A stretch of DNA of 64,000 nt, from assembly GCA_029561345.1 (NCBI GenBank), contig JAKQJC010000043.1, positions 181,958 to 245,957 of the forward strand. The letters are read 5' to 3'. The notes under the pieces were generated by a model, which ran no database searches, had not been told where the DNA came from, and worked only from the letters and a program-made list of their open reading frames with translations. This DNA comes from Chloroflexota bacterium (GTDB lineage Bacteria; Chloroflexota; Anaerolineae; Anaerolineales; Anaerolineaceae). The translations under genes and the position numbers were made by a program. Position 1 is the stretch's first letter. Each line of letters starts with the position of its first letter. Of the stretch, positions 57,692 through 64,000 are shown one piece after another.

Positions 57692-59952
57692 ACCCGGATC
57701 ATCAGGAATTCAAGAATTTTCTGGATTTGGTCAATTCCGCCACCATCACGGCGATTTCGTCATTCCACCACCTCGACATAAGGTCCGCCAAGGGTAAATC
57801 GGCCCAGGTCAACCAGCTGCTCAACCATTTCACCAAAGCAACTTACTGTCACACAGTGGTGGAACAGCTTTCAGAGGCAGAACGGGAAGTGGTGAATGCG
57901 CTGCTGTCTACAAAAACGCGCACGCTTTCAGCGGGCGCGATCTACCGCCGCCTGCTGCAGAAAAAACTGGTGGAACCATTAAAGGATATCAACCGTTACC
58001 AGCCTCCGTCGCCGCAGGCGGTCAATTCGCGTAAATTCGGTGAGATCATGGCGCGGCTGCTGGCGCTGGGCCTGGTTTTTGGCCAGGTAGAGACGCGCTA
58101 CGGTCAGCAAGAAATGTTGACCTTTAACCTGGTGAACGCTTACACCATTCCAACCCTGATGGCAAATTTGCTGCCCGATCCGCCGCCTGAACCGGCCTGG
58201 CAGCCGGCAGATTGCAAAGCCCCCGGCAAGGTCAAGGAGGGTTCTGCGCGGGTTCTTCAGCGTGACCTGTATCTGTATTATTCTTACGTGAGAAACAAGG
58301 GCGTGGAACTGACCCAGCGCGGCCGGGTTTTGAAACGCCAGCTGACTCTGTTGAATGAAACCCTGCTGGAGCGAGAAACCATTGAGAAGGGCCTGGGTGA
58401 AGAAGGATATCCGCGCCTGGTTTTTCTGCGTGCCATGCTGGGCGGCCTTGGCGCCCTGAACGAATTCTCATCGGCCCTGATAGCAGAGACTTCGCCAAAA
58501 TTCTTCACTCAGAATCCACATGAACGCATTCTGAGCGTGTTTGAAAAGTTCACAAGCCTGGTTTCATGGAACGAATTCTGGGATTTTCCGGGGCCCACCG
58601 TAACCGGGTACGGGTACCTGGGGCGCCCCCTTTCGGCTCCCATCGGCCTGCTGGATGCGCGCCGCCGCCTGCTGCTGTATTTTCACCTGCCGGCCGTGTG
58701 GATCGGGTTGGATAATTTCCTCCAGCATATCCAGAGCGTGGATTATGATTTCCTCTTCCCGCACAACCTGCCTGGAATTGGGTATTCGCCCTATGCGGAG
58801 TATGGCAACCCGTTTAGCTGGTCTTTCCCGCAGGTGCGGGATGAAGCGGACGGTTGGCGGCGCGTGGAGGGGCACTTCATCCATGCCACTCTGCAGGCGC
58901 TGGCCTGGATGGGGCTGGTGGACCTGGGCTACGATGAAGGGCGGCTCACGGCTTTTAAACTGACCGCTATCGGGATGTGGATTCTGGCGGGGGGACCCAG
59001 ACCTGATATTCCCTCTGAGGGCGGGCGGGTGATTTTGCAGCCCAACTTCACCATCACCGCGTTTGACCCGGTTTCGGACCAGACCCTGATGACCCTGGAG
59101 CAGTTTGCCGAGCGAGGGCCCAGCGGACGCACCACCGAATTCACCCTCACCCAGGCGGCGGTTTACCGCGGGCAGCGCAGCGGCTGGGAAACGCCGCGCA
59201 TTGCCGCCTTTTTGAAGGAAGTGACCGGGGCAGATTTGCCCGGCAATGTGGCGCGCACCCTGGAGGAATGGCAGGGGCTGTATGAACGCATCACCATTTA
59301 CCCCTCTGTCACCCTTATTCACGCCGCCGACCCGGCCGACCTGGAAAAAACGGGTGTGGCGCCGGAATGGGCCGAATTGATGGCGCCCACGGCGGCTGTG
59401 CTGCGCCCGGATCGCAAGATGGAAAAAGTGATCCAATTTTTGCACAGCCGCAACTGGCTGCCGCGCCAGGTGACGCAGGGGGAAAGGGCGGAACATTTTG
59501 CCTGCCTGGATGAACACGGGCGGCTGCTGCTGCCGGAGGGCACCCTCAGTTTCTACCATTATGCCCATCTGCACCGTCTGGCTGATCAGGACAACGAGGG
59601 GCAGTATCACCTCACCGCGCATTCGGTGCAGCGGGCGGTACGCAGCGGCCTGACGGCCCCGCAGATGATTGAGCTTTTAAATGCCCTGCTGGTGGATCCG
59701 CTGCCGGCGGAATGGGAAAAACGCATCATCATCTGGAGCGGGCACCTGGGCAAAGCTGCCATCAGGCAAACCGTGCTGCTGCGCTTTGAGAAGGATGGGG
59801 CGCTGAAGGAATTGATGCAGGATGCGGAAATTGCCCGCCTGCTGCACCCCCTGCCGCCGCGCGAAGCGCACACCACCCTGGAGGTGCGCGCCGCCGACCT
59901 GGAGCGACTGCGCGACCTGCTGGCCGACCGCGGCGTGATGCTGGAGGATTAA
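57688..59952 (+). CDS. XPB-associated large protein, paralogue of the preceding gene (no SWIM finger)
   Basis: ATGA start/stop overlap with the upstream gene. The C-terminal about 120 aa align with the upstream protein's C-terminus (GLT.xQ..., L.IYP, ...P.EL). 754 aa. Confidence 0.7.
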   Translation: MNPDHQEFKNFLDLVNSATITAISSFHHLDIRSAKGKSAQVNQLLNHFTKATYCHTVVEQLSEAEREVVNALLSTKTRTLSAGAIYRRLLQKKLVEPLKDINRYQPPSPQAVNSRKFGEIMARLLALGLVFGQVETRYGQQEMLTFNLVNAYTIPTLMANLLPDPPPEPAWQPADCKAPGKVKEGSARVLQRDLYLYYSYVRNKGVELTQRGRVLKRQLTLLNETLLERETIEKGLGEEGYPRLVFLRAMLGGLGALNEFSSALIAETSPKFFTQNPHERILSVFEKFTSLVSWNEFWDFPGPTVTGYGYLGRPLSAPIGLLDARRRLLLYFHLPAVWIGLDNFLQHIQSVDYDFLFPHNLPGIGYSPYAEYGNPFSWSFPQVRDEADGWRRVEGHFIHATLQALAWMGLVDLGYDEGRLTAFKLTAIGMWILAGGPRPDIPSEGGRVILQPNFTITAFDPVSDQTLMTLEQFAERGPSGRTTEFTLTQAAVYRGQRSGWETPRIAAFLKEVTGADLPGNVARTLEEWQGLYERITIYPSVTLIHAADPADLEKTGVAPEWAELMAPTAAVLRPDRKMEKVIQFLHSRNWLPRQVTQGERAEHFACLDEHGRLLLPEGTLSFYHYAHLHRLADQDNEGQYHLTAHSVQRAVRSGLTAPQMIELLNALLVDPLPAEWEKRIIIWSGHLGKAAIRQTVLLRFEKDGALKELMQDAEIARLLHPLPPREAHTTLEVRAADLERLRDLLADRGVMLED

Positions 59953-59979
59953 TACCGGCCGCCGCAGGATTAAAATAAA

Positions 59980-60010
59980 AACCGGCTGTCCTTTGCAGGG
60001 GCAGCCGGTT
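59980..60010. terminator. bidirectional terminator between the XPB operon and the PspC-domain gene
   Basis: AACCGGCUG-N13-CAGCCGGUU, followed on the minus strand by UUUUAUUUUAAUCC and on the plus strand by CUGUUUGGG. Confidence 0.6.
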
Positions 60011-60019
60011 CTGTTTGGG

Positions 60020-60229
60020 CTAAACAATGGGGTTGTTCATCGTTTCGGGCGGAACGATGATGCACATGATGATGTAAACGAAGAGCCCGGTGCCGCCAAA
60101 GAGGATGGAGAGCACAAAAGCCAGGCGGATGAGGGATACATCGAGGCCGAAGAACTGGGCCAGGCCGCCGCACACGCCGGCGAGCATTTTATCATTCTGG
60201 CTGCGGGTCAAACGAGGTCGGTTGTCCAT
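60020..60229 (-). CDS. PspC-domain membrane protein
   Basis: LTRSQNDKMLAGVCGGLAQFFGLDVSLIRLAFVL matches the PspC domain consensus; 69 aa. Confidence 0.75.
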   Translation of the reverse strand: MDNRPRLTRSQNDKMLAGVCGGLAQFFGLDVSLIRLAFVLSILFGGTGLFVYIIMCIIVPPETMNNPIV

Positions 60230-60445
60230 TTTTTTATTAACTCCTTTTGCCTATATCTACGCAAAAAGCGGCGCCAGGTTGCAAAAAACGACCCCAAAAA
60301 ATCATCTCAACAGATGGCAGTGCTTCGCGCTATAATGAGTTTATCTGCGGCGGATATGCTGCTTATGTAGAGACAAGCCTTGTTTCCCGCTGGCAACAGG
60401 ATGAAATTGTGAACCGGCCTTTACCCGGTCACACGGAGGTGAACC

Positions 60446-61495
60446 ATGAAACGTGCTTCCATTTTCCTGCTGATTCTGGCCATGATGATGGCATTGGCCT
60501 GCAATATGAGCCTGGCCGGGACCCCGGCCGCGGAGGTGAAGGCCACCGCACCCAAAGCAGAGGCGGCCACCGGAATTCCCCAGCCCACCCAACCCCAGGT
60601 GAAGGCCGAGGTGGTGACGGAGGTTCTGCCGGATGCCACTGAAGCCCCGGCGCCGACGGACGAACCCATGCCTGAGGCGCGCGGCACCGAAGCCGTGCCG
60701 GTGGAAATGACCCCTTCGGGCAATGTGGTCACCCTGCCGCAGCATCAGGGCGCCCTGGTGATTGACCATACCAACGCTGATTTCACCCGCATTCCGGCCG
60801 GGTGGCTGGAGCGGGCGCGCAGCGAGGTCATCTGGTCCTACGGTTCCACCTCGCACGGCACCCAGCTGCGCTCGGGGGCGGCTTACCTGCGCGACCAGGT
60901 GGACGGCGCAGCTTTTGCGTTTATCGAAGAATGGGTGACCATTCCAGCGGCTGCCGACCCGCCCGCTCTGCGCATGGGCTATGACGACGGCTGGGCCTGG
61001 GACCCCGATGCTTTTATGGATATCGCCAGAGATCATCTCAACCAGGCGCCGCAGGCCAACGCCTTCATGTGGTCGTGGTGCGGGCAGCAATCAGAGAACA
61101 CCCCGGCCGATGTGCAGCGCTACCTGAGTATGATGACCCGCCTTGAGCAGGAATATCCCGGCGTGCGCTTTGTCTATATGACCGGGCACACCGATGGCGG
61201 CAGCGCCACCCTGGCCGACAACAACCAGTTGGTGCGCAATTATGTGCTGGATAATGGTAAAATTCTCTTTGATTTCGCCGATATTGAAAGTTATGACCCG
61301 GCCGGGAACTTTTACCCTGATACCAGCGATGCCTGCCCGTGGTGCAGTGATTGGTGCAGCGCCCACCCCGGCGACTGCCAGAACCTGCCCGCCATGGATG
61401 ACGGCTGCGCTCATTCGCACGGCTTCAACTGCAAGCTGAAAGGTGCGGCATTCTGGTGGCTCTCGGCCCGATTGGCTGGATGGGATGGCAATTGA
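60446..61495 (+). CDS. hypothetical secreted or lipoprotein
   Basis: N-terminal signal/lipobox-like [20 protein letters not shown], a Pro/Ala/Glu-rich linker, and a Cys-rich C-terminal region. Confidence 0.55.
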   Translation: MKRASIFLLILAMMMALACNMSLAGTPAAEVKATAPKAEAATGIPQPTQPQVKAEVVTEVLPDATEAPAPTDEPMPEARGTEAVPVEMTPSGNVVTLPQHQGALVIDHTNADFTRIPAGWLERARSEVIWSYGSTSHGTQLRSGAAYLRDQVDGAAFAFIEEWVTIPAAADPPALRMGYDDGWAWDPDAFMDIARDHLNQAPQANAFMWSWCGQQSENTPADVQRYLSMMTRLEQEYPGVRFVYMTGHTDGGSATLADNNQLVRNYVLDNGKILFDFADIESYDPAGNFYPDTSDACPWCSDWCSAHPGDCQNLPAMDDGCAHSHGFNCKLKGAAFWWLSARLAGWDGN

Positions 61496-62273
61496 CCGAA
61501 ACGGACTGAAACATGGTTTGCGGAGGCAGAACGGGTGGCTGACCCTGGTCACACTGCTGCTGGGGCTGCTGCTCTGGCAGGCAGTGGTGGCCGTCTGGCG
61601 GCCGCCTGCTTTTATTCTGCCTGGGCCGATGGAGGTGGGGCTGCGCTTCTGGCGCGCTCTGACCGACGGCAGCCTGCTGCGCCACACCTGGGTGACCCTG
61701 CAGGAGGTGCTGCTGGGGCTGCTGCTGGGCGTGTCGTTGGCCACCCTTCTGGGTTATATCATAGCAAAGTCGCGTTTTTTTGAGCAGCTGCTGGCGCCCT
61801 ACCTGGTGGCCAGCCAGGCCATTCCCATTGTGGCCCTGGCTCCGCTGCTGGTGATCTGGTTTGGACCAGGCATGTTTTCCAAGATCCTCATTTGCGCGCT
61901 GATCGTCTTTTTTCCGGTGCTGGTGAACACGGTGGTGGGGCTGCGGGCCGTGCCCGAACACCTGCGCGACCTGATGAAATCGCTGCAGGCCTCGCGCTGG
62001 CAGGTGCTGCACCACCTGGAGATTCCCGCGGCGCTGCCGGTTTTTCTGGGCGGGCTGCGGGTGGGCGCCACTCTTTCGGTGATCGGCGCGGTGGTGGGCG
62101 AATTTGTCGGCTCAGACCGCGGCCTGGGTTTTCTGGTGAACATTGGGCGCGGCCAATACGACACGGCACTGGTGTTCGTGGCCATCCTCACCCTGGTGGC
62201 GTTGGCGCTGGCGCTCTACGGATTGGTGGTTCTGATCGAGTCAAAGGCGCTGGCCTGGCAGGCCAATCGTTAA
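61485..62273 (+). CDS. ABC transporter permease (NitT/TauT/SsuC-type)
   Basis: EAA-like loop region and the BPD_transp_1 pattern. Start is the internal Met of ORF 61443. Confidence 0.75.
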   Translation: MAIDRNGLKHGLRRQNGWLTLVTLLLGLLLWQAVVAVWRPPAFILPGPMEVGLRFWRALTDGSLLRHTWVTLQEVLLGLLLGVSLATLLGYIIAKSRFFEQLLAPYLVASQAIPIVALAPLLVIWFGPGMFSKILICALIVFFPVLVNTVVGLRAVPEHLRDLMKSLQASRWQVLHHLEIPAALPVFLGGLRVGATLSVIGAVVGEFVGSDRGLGFLVNIGRGQYDTALVFVAILTLVALALALYGLVVLIESKALAWQANR

Positions 62274-62374
62274 AGAATTTTCTTTAAGGTTTAATAATAC
62301 AGTTTATGAAAAATGTCTGCCCATGGGGCGGACTTTTCTGGTCAAAGACTATCTTTTGGAGGAGAGATTTCGAG

Positions 62375-63370
62375 ATGAAGAGAGCCCTGTTTTTGATTCT
62401 GGCCGCAGCCCTGATCCTTTCGGCCTGCGCCGCACCCACCCCTGCCCCCACGACCGTTCCCACGGCAGCGCCCGCCGCGCTGACCCCGGTGCGCCTGCCA
62501 GTGGGGTATATCCCCAACGTCCAGTTTGCCCCGCTCTACGTGGCGATGGAAAAGGGCTATTACCGCGAGGCGGGCATTGACGTGACCATCGATTACAGCT
62601 TTGAAACTGACAGCATGGCCCTGGTGGGCAGCAACCAGCTCCAGTTTGCCACGGTCTCCGGCGAGCAGGTGCTGCTGGCGCGCGCCCAGGGGCTGCCGGT
62701 GGTGTACGTGATGGCCTGGTACCAGCAGTACCCGGTGGGCATTGTTTCGCTGGCCGAGAAGGGCATCAAAACCCCGGCCGACTTGAAAGGCAAGAAAGTG
62801 GGCGTGCCGGTGCTTTCGGGCGCCTCGTATATCGGCCTGCGCGCCTTGCTGGCCGCCGGAAAACTGACCGAAGCCGACCTGACCATTGAGACCATCGGTT
62901 TCAACCAGGTGGAAGCCCTGGTGAGCAGCCAGGTGGATGCGGCAGTGGTGTATGTGGCCAACGAACCCATTGTGCTGGCTTCAAAAGGCTACCAGGTGAA
63001 CACCATGAAGGTGGCCGATTACAGCCAGCTCGTCTCAAACGGGCTGATCACCAACGAAACCACCCTGGCGCAGAATCCGGCGCTGGTGAAGGGCATGGCC
63101 GATGCCACCCGCCGCGGCATTGAATACACCATTGCCCATCCCGACGAGGCTTATGAAATTTGCAAAAAGTACGTGGAAAACCTGGCCCAGGCCGATGAAA
63201 AAGTGCAGAAGGAAGTTCTGGCCACCTCCATCGCTCTGTGGAAAGCCGAAAAGCCGGGTTTCAGTGCTCCCGCAGGCTGGGAGAACATGCAGCAGGTGCT
63301 GCTGGATGCCGGGCTGATCAGTCAGGCGCTGGATCTTGGCAAGGCCTATACCAACGCCTATATTCCCTGA
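62375..63370 (+). CDS. ABC transporter substrate-binding protein (NMT1/THI5-like, sulfonate/nitrate/taurine type)
   Basis: Lipoprotein signal MKRALFLILAAALILSAC and an NMT1-like fold. GGAGGAG RBS. Confidence 0.8.
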   Translation: MKRALFLILAAALILSACAAPTPAPTTVPTAAPAALTPVRLPVGYIPNVQFAPLYVAMEKGYYREAGIDVTIDYSFETDSMALVGSNQLQFATVSGEQVLLARAQGLPVVYVMAWYQQYPVGIVSLAEKGIKTPADLKGKKVGVPVLSGASYIGLRALLAAGKLTEADLTIETIGFNQVEALVSSQVDAAVVYVANEPIVLASKGYQVNTMKVADYSQLVSNGLITNETTLAQNPALVKGMADATRRGIEYTIAHPDEAYEICKKYVENLAQADEKVQKEVLATSIALWKAEKPGFSAPAGWENMQQVLLDAGLISQALDLGKAYTNAYIP

Positions 63371-63400
63371 TCCGGCCGCGCCGGTCTTGCGCTGAATGTT

Positions 63401-63432
63401 CCGCCAGAACCCATTTCTGGCGGATTTTTTTA
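63401..63432 (+). terminator. rho-independent terminator after the substrate-binding protein gene
   Basis: CCGCCAGAA-cccau-UUCUGGCGG followed by AUUUUUUUAUU. Confidence 0.7.
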
Positions 63433-63489
63433 TTCCGCCACCGCCGCCCGAAGCAAAAAAAGAGATGTCAGACAATTTTCTTAAAACCC

Positions 63490-63517
63490 TTGACAGGCCG
63501 TACAAATGGGGTAGAAT
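63490..63517 (+). promoter_or_regulatory. strong sigma70-type promoter P1 (TTGACA-16 nt-TAGAAT) with an upstream A/T-rich UP-like element
   Basis: Consensus -35, a near-consensus -10, and AAAAAAAGAGATGTCAGACAATTTTCTTAAAA upstream. Confidence 0.6.
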
Positions 63518-63645
63518 CACGCCTCGTTGCTCAGAAACAAAGTCTCGCCCAAAAAGGCAGACTGGTGACAGCTGAAGAGGCAGGCGGCCGGAAGAGCGCC
63601 AGGGAAGACCGGAAAAACTCGTGAAAACGAGTTTGAAGAAAACCC

Positions 63646-63673
63646 TTGACAGGAAGCCGGAAACGCATATAAT
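63646..63673 (+). promoter_or_regulatory. strong sigma70-type promoter P2 (TTGACA-16 nt-TATAAT)
   Basis: Perfect consensus hexamers. It shares the AAAACCCTTGACAGG context with P1. Confidence 0.65.
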
Positions 63674-63788
63674 CAGAGCCTGTTGCCTGAAACGCAAAAA
63701 CATCTCGCTGGAGACAGCAGATGGGTGACAAAAGAATAGGGACGCGGAAAGCGGAAAGAAAGATCTTGAAAGAGATCTTCGAAACCAC

Positions 63789-63817
63789 TTGACAAACGCG
63801 AAAGAGTATGATAAACT
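63789..63817 (+). promoter_or_regulatory. sigma70-type promoter P3 (TTGACA-17 nt-TGaTAAACT, extended -10)
   Basis: Third tandem promoter. No ORF follows before the window end. Confidence 0.5.
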
Positions 63818-64000
63818 CTGAGTCCCGATGTGAGTAACCGACCGGCGGACACGCATGGGAGGTCACATAACAAAAGAGAATGCTTTGGGCGGAGCCCTGG
63901 CGATGGTTTTGAGGTGAGGTACCGATGGTGAGTTGAAAGAGAACGAACGCATCGGTATTTTTTCGCCCCAAGCCGGAGGGAGCTTCGCAAGCCGAAGGAA

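Noticed and set aside
1-64000. CRISPR arrays, tRNA/rRNA genes, IS elements or integrases
   Set aside because: No evenly spaced direct repeats, no tRNA T-arm/acceptor signatures (for example GGTTCGAATCC) and no transposase or integrase motifs were found.

Overview
This 64 kb window comes from a high-GC bacterial chromosome. GGAGG-type ribosome-binding sites, a short-form EF-Ts and an EccC-like ATPase suggest, tentatively, a Chloroflexota-like organism. The core is housekeeping: a complete nine-gene histidine operon (hisGDCBHAFIE), a TCA cluster with an IclR regulator, two sensor-kinase operons, and transport and metabolic genes. Each gene block is bounded by clear rho-independent, often bidirectional, terminators. 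Accessory or unusual content is:
(1) a polymorphic-toxin-like gene with a low-GC C-terminal module and a putative downstream immunity gene (996-2591);
(2) a His-codon leader peptide plus terminator attenuator upstream of hisG;
(3) a low-GC island holding a secreted Kelch-repeat protein and a structured non-coding stretch, followed by an orphan EccC/EssC-like triple FtsK ATPase with no other T7SS genes;
(4) an HPr-kinase-like protein with a large unknown N-terminal domain directly after citrate synthase;
(5) a REC-CpaE/TadZ-like response regulator with a degenerate Walker A, paired with a hybrid histidine kinase;
(6) a yybP-ykoY manganese riboswitch before mntP;
(7) an AT-rich islet with an orphan DNA methyltransferase and an SGNH hydrolase, immediately followed by an XPB-type DNA helicase translationally coupled to two large paralogous partner proteins, the first carrying a SWIM zinc finger; this is my best candidate for an uncharacterised system;
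(8) three tandem near-consensus promoters at the window end, probably heading an rRNA operon.
No tRNA, rRNA, CRISPR array or intact transposase was seen. The printed sequence and the ORF track disagree by 1 nt in the row labelled 9541, so hand-counted coordinates near 9390-9600 are uncertain by about 1 nt.
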